From: Nitrososphaerota archaeon | GTDB taxonomy: Archaea > Thermoproteota > Nitrososphaeria > Nitrososphaerales > Nitrosopumilaceae | NCBI GenBank assembly: GCA_028866895.1 | Contig: JAGWHF010000002.1 | Coordinates: 71,309 to 103,308, forward strand | Length of the DNA: 32,000 bases | Reading direction: 5' to 3' | In this document: one piece after another, positions 21,137 through 29,449 of the stretch | Layout: every line of letters begins with the position of its first letter | Position numbering within the stretch: the first letter of the stretch is position 1 | Translations under genes and position numbers: made by a program | Notes under the pieces: model-generated | Told to the model about the DNA's origin: nothing | Seen by the model: only the letters and a program-made list of their open reading frames with translations | Database searches by the model: none

Positions 21137-21968
21137 GTTCTAGGGCACAGCTCCCATTTTGCGCCTTCCTTATCCTCCTTGCCATGATATACGGTGTGAG
21201 GAACAGGATGGGAAGCGAGATTGCAATGAATATCGTCTGCAATTGTGCCTCATAGCTTGTCAGAAAGAGGGTGATGCCGGTCGCGCTTGCGCCAAGTCCA
21301 AAGAGCATGGTAAATGCGGTACCGGCGCACGTCGGGCAGCCCACAAAAAGACCGGTCAGTGCACCAAAGGTCCCGAATCTTCCACCCGTCTTTGCAGCAG
21401 CAAATGTGGATGCAGAGAGCGCAAAGTTCAGCCCTACCATGAAGGAGACCACCACGAGCAGTACTAGGTTGAGCGGCACTATCTGTAGTCCTACATGCTG
21501 CGTGAAGAAGGCGAAGATCATGGGCATGTAGCCAGGAAGGTCACAGCAGGGTGAGAGCTCGATATGAGGCGGGGTGGGAAAGCCGTAATCTGTGGCATTG
21601 ATCTCCGGCTTGTAAAGTATGACGCCGGAGGTCAGACCGAAGAATATACCGTAGGCTATGGAGCTGATAAGCAGGATTCTTTTTGCCTTCCTACTGTTGA
21701 TGGAGTTTGCTATTATCGAGGAGATTGACGAGTCAGGGAAATCTATCTTTACCTTGTAAAACTTGTGTAGGCCCCAGCCTATCGAGATGAAGGATGCAAA
21801 GAGTACTGCGTATGTTGCATATGCCATGTTCTGGAGTGCTGGCATGGCCGCGGGCGTCACGGTAATCTCGTCATTCCGGGCATATGCCAGAAATGATACT
21901 GCGATTGCCAAAAAGCCCACAATCAACAGCGCCCTATGTGAGCGGCGAATGGTCCTCTGCTTTTCCAA
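21126..21968 (-). CDS. Polytopic membrane protein with intramembrane Cys motifs (SPCCDLP, GCPTCAG)
   Basis: It has about 6-7 hydrophobic segments. Paired cysteines sit at TM boundaries, reminiscent of CcdA/DsbD/VKOR-type thiol-transfer proteins or metal transporters. Family not recognised. TTG start. Confidence 0.7.
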   Translation of the reverse strand: MEKQRTIRRSHRALLIVGFLAIAVSFLAYARNDEITVTPAAMPALQNMAYATYAVLFASFISIGWGLHKFYKVKIDFPDSSISSIIANSINSRKAKRILLISSIAYGIFFGLTSGVILYKPEINATDYGFPTPPHIELSPCCDLPGYMPMIFAFFTQHVGLQIVPLNLVLLVVVSFMVGLNFALSASTFAAAKTGGRFGTFGALTGLFVGCPTCAGTAFTMLFGLGASATGITLFLTSYEAQLQTIFIAISLPILFLTPYIMARRIRKAQNGSCALEPRQ

Positions 21969-22096
21969 CGGTTAAAAACGACGCAGGGTGACATTAATTC
22001 CTATCTGTTTTTTCCAATGCAAGGGATGATCTGCGACGCTGGGCGGTTTGGCATGTGGTTGTCTTTACAAAGTATTTATCTGATAAGGGCTGATAT

Positions 22097-22531
22097 ATGT
22101 TCATAATGAAGATCGACGAGCCGCAGGATTCAGATTATGTCGAGACCAAGATTGTTCATGTGGGCTTTGTCGACCCGTACGGAGTTGAGGGGTTAGTCGT
22201 GCTAAGGTCGGATGACGAGCGCGAGTTCCACATGCGCGCGTTCTCGGGCGAGGTGGCAAGGCACATATCGAACTTTGTAGAGGGCGAGCGCGGCGCGATT
22301 CCTACCATTTACAACATGATAGAGGAGCTCTCCGAGGTAAACGAACTCGTACTTGTCAGGATAAAGGTCTATGAGAGCGGAAGCGTCCTGCGCGCAAACC
22401 TGTACCTTACTGGAAAACAGGAAATCGTGATGCGGAACTATAGGGCGTCAGACGCGATAGCTCTTGCCTCGTTCTACAATGTCCCCATTCTCGTGCGAAA
22501 AAACCTTCTGAAAGAAAAGATGGAGGCATAG
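22097..22531 (+). CDS. Bifunctional nuclease (BFN/DUF151) family protein
   Basis: FHMRAFSGEVARHI...IPTIYNMIEEL...RIKVYESGSVLRANLYL...RNYRASDAIALASFYNVPILV matches the BFN domain layout (...RP.THDL...F.A.L......D.RPSDAIALA....PI.V). Confidence 0.8.
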   Translation: MFIMKIDEPQDSDYVETKIVHVGFVDPYGVEGLVVLRSDDEREFHMRAFSGEVARHISNFVEGERGAIPTIYNMIEELSEVNELVLVRIKVYESGSVLRANLYLTGKQEIVMRNYRASDAIALASFYNVPILVRKNLLKEKMEA

Positions 22532-22546
22532 TGGCCTTGGAATCGT

Positions 22547-23638
22547 CTATGTGACTATCTGAGAGATCTTCCCCTCTTGGTGTGCCTTCCTTATCTCCAT
22601 GGCAATCCGCCTGCCTACGCCAAAGGTTATACCGTACTTGTACTTTGTGTACGGGCTAGTGGTCGCAAGTATGGGGTTTCCTGGGACCCTAAGTGATACA
22701 TCGTACACCACGATCTCGAGGTCCCGTGTGATCACACTCTGAAGGGAGAACGGTCCTATTATCCCTGGGGGGTATTCCTTTTTCACCGCGGCGACAAACT
22801 TGTCTCCTGCAGCAAGCACCTTCTCAAGAAGTGACTCGCGTATGCTTGCAGGGGTGTGCCCCACCTCTATGTTCTGCAGCTCGATGTTTGTCTCGAGCTG
22901 CTGCTTTGCAGGCAGGGAGACGAAGTCATGTACGTTTGTCTGCAGCCTGCGCTCGATGCCTAGGAAGTCGACTTCGTCCGAGATTGGGGTGTGGAAATAG
23001 TTGAAATTGAAATACGTGCCCACGACAAACTCCTCTATGCTTGCCATCTTTAGTGCCTCGCGTGATATCAGGCCCTGCCTTATCCTTCGCTCTGTCTTAT
23101 CCTTATAGTCTGCATACGAGGTTGCAATGAAGAAGGCCCTCTCGAGCTTGCGGGACTTTTCTTGGACCTTCACAATGACAGGCCTGTCTATCTCTCTTGG
23201 TTCGTGGAATATTCTGGGAAGGTGTATTCGTGCCTTCTGGAGCAGGTAGTATTGGTTCTTCTTGTGAGAACGCTCCTCGGCTTGGAAGAGGGAACGGTTG
23301 CCAAAGAGTGGGATCGCAAGTCTGTCCTCCACGGCCTCGTATCCGAGGTATGCAGTAAGCGCCCTGTGCGGCACGAAGATGGTCTGCTCGGCCCTCAAAT
23401 CCGATTGGATCCTGCGTGATAGCATATCCTTGAACCTTTCTAGCACGATTATCTTGTCGGCAATCCTTGAGAACCTCCTGTAGGCAATCTCGCGGCCCTT
23501 CTGGCAGATTACCAACGTCCTAAAATTCTCGTCCTTTGCCCCGTCCATTATCTCGAGGGCCGAATGGCTGCCAAGTGTGCCAACGGAGGGATCCGAGTAA
23601 CTGCTGACAATCTTCTGCATCTCGGACCGCCTTATCAT
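22547..23638 (-). CDS. purP: 5-formaminoimidazole-4-carboxamide ribonucleotide (FAICAR) synthetase PurP
   Basis: The N-terminus VGTLGSHSALEIMDGAKDENFRTLVICQKGRE..YRRF and an ATP-grasp C-terminal half are typical of archaeal PurP. 363 aa. Confidence 0.9.
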   Translation of the reverse strand: MIRRSEMQKIVSSYSDPSVGTLGSHSALEIMDGAKDENFRTLVICQKGREIAYRRFSRIADKIIVLERFKDMLSRRIQSDLRAEQTIFVPHRALTAYLGYEAVEDRLAIPLFGNRSLFQAEERSHKKNQYYLLQKARIHLPRIFHEPREIDRPVIVKVQEKSRKLERAFFIATSYADYKDKTERRIRQGLISREALKMASIEEFVVGTYFNFNYFHTPISDEVDFLGIERRLQTNVHDFVSLPAKQQLETNIELQNIEVGHTPASIRESLLEKVLAAGDKFVAAVKKEYPPGIIGPFSLQSVITRDLEIVVYDVSLRVPGNPILATTSPYTKYKYGITFGVGRRIAMEIRKAHQEGKISQIVT

Positions 23639-23728
23639 GCGGAATCTATTTTTGAATGGGTAAAAAAGCCTTGTCAGGAGATTTGTCGGACACTGGGAAC
23701 GCTGCAGACGATATGAAAATCGCGGATC

Positions 23729-23905
23729 CTACTTGAGCTCTTCCTTGTCCTTGAACTCTTTCAATTCTTTCTCGGACTCTATCCTGCCCTTCTCGTACTC
23801 TCCCTTTGCACGTCCAAACGTCCTTGCCAGTTCCGGAATTTTCTTTGCCCCGAATATCAGGACGCCGATAATCACCACAGCAATGATGACGTTTTCATAG
23901 GCCAT
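23729..23905 (-). CDS. tatA: Twin-arginine translocase subunit TatA/E, 58 aa (not in ORF track)
   Basis: Hand translation: MAYENVIIAVVIIGVLIFGAKKIPELARTFGRAKGEYEKGRIESEKELKEFKDKEELK. It has a TM helix, the FGAKK.PEL.R..G hinge, and an amphipathic helix. It lies 21 nt downstream of tatC. Confidence 0.85.
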   Translation of the reverse strand: MAYENVIIAVVIIGVLIFGAKKIPELARTFGRAKGEYEKGRIESEKELKEFKDKEELK

Positions 23906-23926
23906 TGACGGTATTAGTTGGTCGGA

Positions 23927-24718
23927 TTAAGATTTAAGTGTTCCAATCCGAGATGCGCGCCTCTCCGAGAGGATCATGCCTCCGAGGTAGAGTCCTATGA
24001 GGGGACCTGCCACGAACCACATTGTGATTCCGCTGCCGTCAGGCGTTATGGCTGCGCCCAGGATAACGATTGCAATCACGGCCCATTTTATGTTGTTCCT
24101 CCAGAACTTGCGGTCCACCATCCCGGAGGATGTGACGGCGTACATTATCAGCGGAAGCTGGAACGAGATCCCAAACGCCAGCATGAACTGCAGTACAAAG
24201 TTGATGAAATCCACCACGTTGAGAAATGTTAGAAGGCCTGCCGACTGGCCGTACCTGTAGAGGAATGTAAGCATGTAGGGCGTAATGACTGAATATGAGA
24301 AAACGCAACCCGAGACGAATAGGCCTAGCGCGGGGAGGGTGACGGACTTGATTATCTGCACCTCCTTCTTCTCTAGTGCTGGCGTGAGGAATGCCATGAA
24401 CTCGCGCACGATGACGGGCATTGCAACTGCAATGCCTAGCATCACGGCAATGTAGAATTGTGAGAAGAAGGCCTGGCCGGGCGCTGTCTGGATGAGCTGG
24501 ACAGTGGGCGGCAGCAACTGGTGCCTCATGTCCACAGTTACTTGCGCTGCGATGTTGTCAAGCGGGCTGAAGGTAGGGTAGTAGAAGTGCAGCCCTCGGT
24601 AGACAAACGGAGTCAGGTGGAAGCCAAGTATGAAGAACGTCACTCCGCCTATGGCTGCAACCATCCTGAAGATCCGCTTCCTCAGCTCCTCGAGATGCTC
24701 CATTATTGTCATTGACAT
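23927..24718 (-). CDS. tatC: Twin-arginine translocase subunit TatC
   Basis: The N-terminus MEHLEELRKRI is followed by six TM segments, with the P.G....W motif region present. 263 aa. Confidence 0.92.
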   Translation of the reverse strand: MSMTIMEHLEELRKRIFRMVAAIGGVTFFILGFHLTPFVYRGLHFYYPTFSPLDNIAAQVTVDMRHQLLPPTVQLIQTAPGQAFFSQFYIAVMLGIAVAMPVIVREFMAFLTPALEKKEVQIIKSVTLPALGLFVSGCVFSYSVITPYMLTFLYRYGQSAGLLTFLNVVDFINFVLQFMLAFGISFQLPLIMYAVTSSGMVDRKFWRNNIKWAVIAIVILGAAITPDGSGITMWFVAGPLIGLYLGGMILSERRASRIGTLKS

Positions 24719-24758
24719 GTCTGTCAGGGATCTTATGATTTGTGAAAACCCTATTTAT

Positions 24759-25217
24759 CTACTTGCCGGGTATCGGGAGTATCTTGCTTGAGGGCAGGTT
24801 GCTCTGCTCCTGTTCTGGCACGGTAAAATTCTCAAGCTCCACCGTAAGCTCGGTACTTGCCTCGAACTTGTCGCCAAGCTGCACTGCAAGGTCAGCTATC
24901 TCCCCTGGCTGATAGATCTCGCTTGAGCCTTTGAGGAAGATCCTGCTTCCCTTCTCTGCGGGCTCACCACCAAACTTGTCCTTTAGGAACTTTGTAATCT
25001 TGCTCACCTCGTCGGCCGATATCTGGTTGTGGTAGAAGACTATGCCGTTCACGGATGCATAGTCCCATGGGGTTCCATTTCTGTAGCAAAAGACTCCAAA
25101 GTGCGTCCCTGCGTCGTCCTTGGTGCACTTGATCTCCCAGATGAGGACCTTTTTTGGATCATACTGGGCTTTGCGCATGTCGTCCACTGTCAACTTCCAG
25201 TATCGTAGCCTGCTCAT
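24759..25217 (-). CDS. Hypothetical protein, 152 aa
   Basis: Clean ATG ORF with protein-like composition. It is divergent from the HEAT-repeat gene, sharing a 41-bp promoter region. No motif recognised. Confidence 0.6.
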   Translation of the reverse strand: MSRLRYWKLTVDDMRKAQYDPKKVLIWEIKCTKDDAGTHFGVFCYRNGTPWDYASVNGIVFYHNQISADEVSKITKFLKDKFGGEPAEKGSRIFLKGSSEIYQPGEIADLAVQLGDKFEASTELTVELENFTVPEQEQSNLPSSKILPIPGK

Positions 25218-25228
25218 ACTAGTAGTTG

Positions 25229-25253
25229 AAATAAATATGCGATTATAAAATCG
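25229..25253. promoter_or_regulatory. Back-to-back TATA-like boxes in a 41-bp divergent intergenic region
   Basis: GAAATAAATATGCGATTATAAAATCG. The first box is centred about 25 nt upstream of the plus-strand ATG 25259. The second, read on the minus strand, is centred about 28 nt upstream of ATG 25217. Confidence 0.4.
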
Positions 25254-25258
25254 TGTGC

Positions 25259-25747
25259 ATGGAAATCGTTCCCAAGGGGCGTCTTGAGACTTTGTCGGAG
25301 ATGGAGGAGAGGTATGAGAAAAAGGACAAGGACTATTTTGTCAAGATGCTTGAAAGCGGGGATTTTGTGATAAGGTGCAGGGCTGTATGCATCCTAGTCG
25401 ACATGGGGGGAGAGGATGTAGTCCCCCACATAGCACGGGTACTAAAGAATGATGCCAACGAGCTTGTGCGCCACGAGGCGGCATTCTCTCTTGGGCAGAT
25501 GTGTCTTAGAAGCGGGATCAAGCCGCTTGAAGATGCCACTATGGGTGATCCGAGCCTCTTTGTTCGCCACGAGGCGGCAGTCGCGTTGGGCGTGATAGGT
25601 TCGCAGGATGCCAGGGAGACGCTGCAAAGGGCACTTGACGATTCTAGCGAGCAGGTGAGGGATTCAGCCGTCGTGGCTCTCTCGAACCTCAAGTTCATGG
25701 AACGCCTCTGCAAGAATGAGCGTTTTGCAAAGCTGACGGGAGGGTGA
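25259..25747 (+). CDS. Four-HEAT-repeat protein with two His-Glu motifs (half-size deoxyhypusine-hydroxylase-like)
   Basis: There are four PBS-lyase-type HEAT repeats. Repeats 2 and 3 read LVRHEAAFSLGQM and FVRHEAAVALGVIG, and repeat 4 reads VRDSAVVALSNL. The start is ATG 25259, or GTG 25253. Confidence 0.85.
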   Translation: MEIVPKGRLETLSEMEERYEKKDKDYFVKMLESGDFVIRCRAVCILVDMGGEDVVPHIARVLKNDANELVRHEAAFSLGQMCLRSGIKPLEDATMGDPSLFVRHEAAVALGVIGSQDARETLQRALDDSSEQVRDSAVVALSNLKFMERLCKNERFAKLTGG

Positions 25748-25755
25748 GGGAGAGG

Positions 25756-28206
25756 TCATGGCCTGCCGGTCATGCGGGTAATCTTTGAGATGCCGGAATC
25801 CTTGCTTACTTGGAATATGTTGTCTACGTATGTCTCAAGCTCCTTCTCGTGAGAGACCAGGATTATCTGCTCAGAATTCATCTCCATCAGAAGGGATTTT
25901 ACCTTCGCAAGCTGGGTCTTGCTGAAGCCATCTGTTGGCTCATCGAGGATGAGCAGGTTCGTATTCATTGTGGAGGATCCTCTCCTGATGAGCGAGTTTA
26001 ATGTCAACCGGTAGGCAAGGGCTATGCTGGTCTTTTCACCGCCGCTTAGAAACTCGACGTCCTGTTCGTACCCGTCCTGCTCTACAATGGGCGTGAAACT
26101 CTCGTCGATTCTTGACTCTTTTGTGGGATCATCGATAAGGATGGAGTACCAGTGCCTGTAAGCCTCGTTGAAATCCTGCTGGATTGCAAGCAGAACCTGC
26201 CTTTCTATCTGTTCCAATGTGGGTATGAAGAACTTGCTTAGCCATTCGTGGAAATTTGAGTATCTTCTGTACCACTTTTGCCAGTACAGTGCCTCCGCTA
26301 TACTGTTCTCATGTCCACTTTTCTTGTCCTCAAGTGAGGTCCTTGTCTGCTCCTGCCTTGCCAGGTCTTGTGAGGCTTCGCCCAGCATCCGCTGGCATGC
26401 AGCCTCTTCGCGTTCGAGGGATTCCGTCCTGGCCTCCAGACCTTCAAGCTGGCCAATCTCGCTCTTCATTTTTTGTATTTCATCGCAAAGCCTGCCCATC
26501 TCGAGGCGACTTGATTCGATCTCCATCTTGCGGCAGTCCATTGTCTGCGCAAGCTTTGCTTTCTGCACCTCCTTCTCCTTGATCCTATCGCATGCATTTT
26601 GGTACCTCAAAAGGGCCTCCTTGACTGTGGCAAGACGCTCAACGGGATCTTCCTTGCCGTCTCCTGGTCCTATCTCCTCCTCTAGGTTGATTGCCACCTC
26701 TTCAAGCCTTTCAAGTCCTATCCTTGCGGCCTGCATCTCAACCGCGTTTTCCGAGGCCTTCTTGAGGGCGGGGATGATCTTTCTTATCATGTCTCTCTCT
26801 AACTCCTTCTCTGAAATCCTGGCCTTTAGGGTGACCCGCCGTGATTGGAGGGATGATATCTCCTCTGATATTCCGCCTATCTTCGATGCAGCCTCTTCAA
26901 GCCTTGCCTCCCTGTCCCTCTCCACACGTTCCTTGTGTTCGTGGCTTATGTTGCTCTCGCAGACCGGGCACTTGGAGTCGAGGCTCCTTATCTGGCCGAG
27001 GTCTCTTGTGTACTCCTCTACGTTGGTCTCGTATTTGGTTAGAAGTTTGGAACATTCTACTATCTGTCCATCCGTACTTTCAAGCCCAGACTGCAGCGAC
27101 GCAATCTCGGCTAAGAGGCCGTCAAGGCAGGTCTCGAGATCGTCGGCGCCAGCCAGGGCATGCTGCCCAATCTCTCGTTCAAGAACTGCCGACTGTCTTG
27201 ACAGAACCTCGATCTTTGACGCAAGCTCATGCTTTGCCTTGTTCGACTCTGAAAATTCCTTGATTAGGCAGTTTACCCTCTCAAGATTTGTTGTTGCCGG
27301 CCTAGTGACCTCCTTTAGTGATGCTATCTCCTTCTCGGTACGACTAATCTCGGAAATTGCGTCCTCCAACTCTCTTGAGATCTTTGCTATCTCCATTTCC
27401 CTGTTTGATGCCTGTGCCTGCGCGTTTTTTATCTCGGCAGACAGCCTCACCGATTTCTCACGGTCCTTCCTTGCCTGCTCCACCTTCAGCCTTATTTCCG
27501 CTAACTGCCTTTCAAGACGCGCCTTCTCCTTTTCTAGCCGCCCTGTTATGATTGCGCAGTCCTCAAGCGACTTTTTGGTCCTTCCCAGCTCCTCCTCATG
27601 CCTTGGGAGGTCGTGGAACCTCTCGCCTAGGATGCCTGCCTGCTTGTCCAAAAACCTCCTGAAATTCTCAGAGTTCTCGATTGCAGTTTTATAGTCCTCC
27701 ACGCGGAACGCCTTCCGTATCGTCTCCAACCTCTTGGAAGGATCACGCAGGATCTCTTTCATCTCCTCCTGCGGCGTAAAGACTGCATAACGGAAGATCC
27801 TGCTCTCCGAGCGCGGATCCTCCGACTCGTTGAAGCGGAGTATCTGCAACACCCTCTGCTTCAGCTCGGAGGGCGAGAGCGGTTCAAGCACGTCGCCCAC
27901 CTTGAGGTATGATGATTTAGGATCCTGGCTCACAGACTCTCCCTTCCTCCTAAGCGTCCGCCGTATCTCACATTTCTGCCCGTTGGCCTCGAAGTTTAGC
28001 GTGACGACGCCTTCATTTGCCTTCTTTGAGAGAAGGGCCTCCGGCTTCTGTGATCCTAGCCCGAACAGAGCAAACTCTATACCCATGAGGACCGATGACT
28101 TTCCGGATCCTATGTCGCCCTCAAATAGGGTGATGCCACGGGGGAATTCTATCCTTTCCCTCTCATAACTCCTGATGTTTTCAAGTTCAATCGATTCGAG
28201 CAACAT
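25756..28206 (-). CDS. rad50: DNA double-strand break repair ATPase Rad50
   Basis: Walker A is GDIGSGKSS. A long coiled coil carries the CPVC zinc hook. The signature is LSGGEKTSIALAYRL and Walker B is LLILDEPTDGF. The start overlaps the mre11 stop by 20 nt. Confidence 0.95.
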   Translation of the reverse strand: MLLESIELENIRSYERERIEFPRGITLFEGDIGSGKSSVLMGIEFALFGLGSQKPEALLSKKANEGVVTLNFEANGQKCEIRRTLRRKGESVSQDPKSSYLKVGDVLEPLSPSELKQRVLQILRFNESEDPRSESRIFRYAVFTPQEEMKEILRDPSKRLETIRKAFRVEDYKTAIENSENFRRFLDKQAGILGERFHDLPRHEEELGRTKKSLEDCAIITGRLEKEKARLERQLAEIRLKVEQARKDREKSVRLSAEIKNAQAQASNREMEIAKISRELEDAISEISRTEKEIASLKEVTRPATTNLERVNCLIKEFSESNKAKHELASKIEVLSRQSAVLEREIGQHALAGADDLETCLDGLLAEIASLQSGLESTDGQIVECSKLLTKYETNVEEYTRDLGQIRSLDSKCPVCESNISHEHKERVERDREARLEEAASKIGGISEEISSLQSRRVTLKARISEKELERDMIRKIIPALKKASENAVEMQAARIGLERLEEVAINLEEEIGPGDGKEDPVERLATVKEALLRYQNACDRIKEKEVQKAKLAQTMDCRKMEIESSRLEMGRLCDEIQKMKSEIGQLEGLEARTESLEREEAACQRMLGEASQDLARQEQTRTSLEDKKSGHENSIAEALYWQKWYRRYSNFHEWLSKFFIPTLEQIERQVLLAIQQDFNEAYRHWYSILIDDPTKESRIDESFTPIVEQDGYEQDVEFLSGGEKTSIALAYRLTLNSLIRRGSSTMNTNLLILDEPTDGFSKTQLAKVKSLLMEMNSEQIILVSHEKELETYVDNIFQVSKDSGISKITRMTGRP

Positions 28207-29449
28207 CTCTAATTTTTAGTCCCGCTGTTCCAAGCATGTTTTCAATTATCCTGTTCTGGTAATCTGTTCTCTTCTCATTTTGCAGGATGGGCAGAATGGC
28301 TGCACTGAGCATCGCCCGTGCTGTATTGATGCCAGCATCCCCCATAAGCTCACGCTCATCCATCCTGACCTCGCCTATGTTTTCCCTAAACGCGTTGGTC
28401 TCAATCTCTGTCCTGTCCCTCCCGCCAGCAGGAGTGATGGCGTATTCCCTTGAGGTAAGCCTGCTCCTGTTGACCTTTATCTCCAGTGCCCCGTACAGGC
28501 CCTCCTTTGCCTTCGCGTACTCGATGTCGGTAGTCTTGCCTTCTGACAGTTCGCCGTGAATCTTAATTACTACAATCTTGTCCTTTGAATCAGACTGCCG
28601 CACCTTTTCGAGAAGTTCACTGTTCACGGTGCTTGCCCTCTTTCTTTCTGCGTCAATGTCTATGAGGGTGTATTCCGCGTTGGGCAGTGGGACGAATTCG
28701 ACGGTTAGACCATCCTGCCCGACCTCGACGAACACCATGCCCCTCTCCTGTCCTCTGGCATTCTCCTCCAAGTCGCTGTGGTAGCCGGCAAACAGCGTCC
28801 CGGGATATACCACGTTTGGATGGTCGGGATATCTTGCATGGTGATACTTGTGCATGTGTCCTCCCGCATAGTAGTCAAAGCCCCTTGGCAACGATGAAAG
28901 TGCCATAAAGTCAGTCTCAGGCCCTACCTCGGTCTTCATCTCGTCAATTCCTCCGTGGAACAAGAATATCTTAAAGCCGCCTTCACGCTCAAGCGCCGCC
29001 CTGTCCAGCTTCTCATAATAGACCGAATCCTTGCCAGCCTTGAGGCCGGGAAGTCCTGTTATCTTTGCACCTGTCTTTTTGTCAACAGTAAACTCGAGGG
29101 AAATCCTGTCGTCGCCCGTCTCCACTACATTGGTTACCTTGGTGAGGTATCTAGTTTCATTTAGAAGATCTATCACGGAATTTGAGACCGGGCTAAAGTC
29201 ATGACTGCCGTATACGGCGTAGACCGGGATCCCTGCCTCGTAGACCTGCCTGAATTTTGCAAAAGCGGCCTTTTGGACACGCATCTCGGGAATATTTACG
29301 TGGAACAGATCTCCTGCAATGAGGATGAAGTCCACCTTCCTGCGGATGCATTCGTCTATTGCGCGCTCGAAGACGGACCGCTCTGTTCTCTGAAGATTCT
29401 CGGACTTTTGAAACCCAAGGTGAATGTCAGACAAGTGCGCGAATTTCAT
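28187..29449 (-). CDS. mre11: DNA double-strand break repair nuclease Mre11
   Basis: Calcineurin-like phosphoesterase motifs are present: HLSDIHLG, GDLFH, GSHD, GGHMH. Confidence 0.95.
   Translation of the reverse strand: MKFAHLSDIHLGFQKSENLQRTERSVFERAIDECIRRKVDFILIAGDLFHVNIPEMRVQKAAFAKFRQVYEAGIPVYAVYGSHDFSPVSNSVIDLLNETRYLTKVTNVVETGDDRISLEFTVDKKTGAKITGLPGLKAGKDSVYYEKLDRAALEREGGFKIFLFHGGIDEMKTEVGPETDFMALSSLPRGFDYYAGGHMHKYHHARYPDHPNVVYPGTLFAGYHSDLEENARGQERGMVFVEVGQDGLTVEFVPLPNAEYTLIDIDAERKRASTVNSELLEKVRQSDSKDKIVVIKIHGELSEGKTTDIEYAKAKEGLYGALEIKVNRSRLTSREYAITPAGGRDRTEIETNAFRENIGEVRMDERELMGDAGINTARAMLSAAILPILQNEKRTDYQNRIIENMLGTAGLKIRDVARID

Noticed and set aside
26168-27694. A 508-aa ORF on the plus strand, the longest unexplained ORF in the track.
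   Set aside because: It lies entirely antisense to the rad50 coiled coil. Its Ser/Leu/Cys/Phe-rich low-complexity sequence is the mirror image of Glu/Lys/Leu/Arg codons. It has no motifs and is a shadow ORF.
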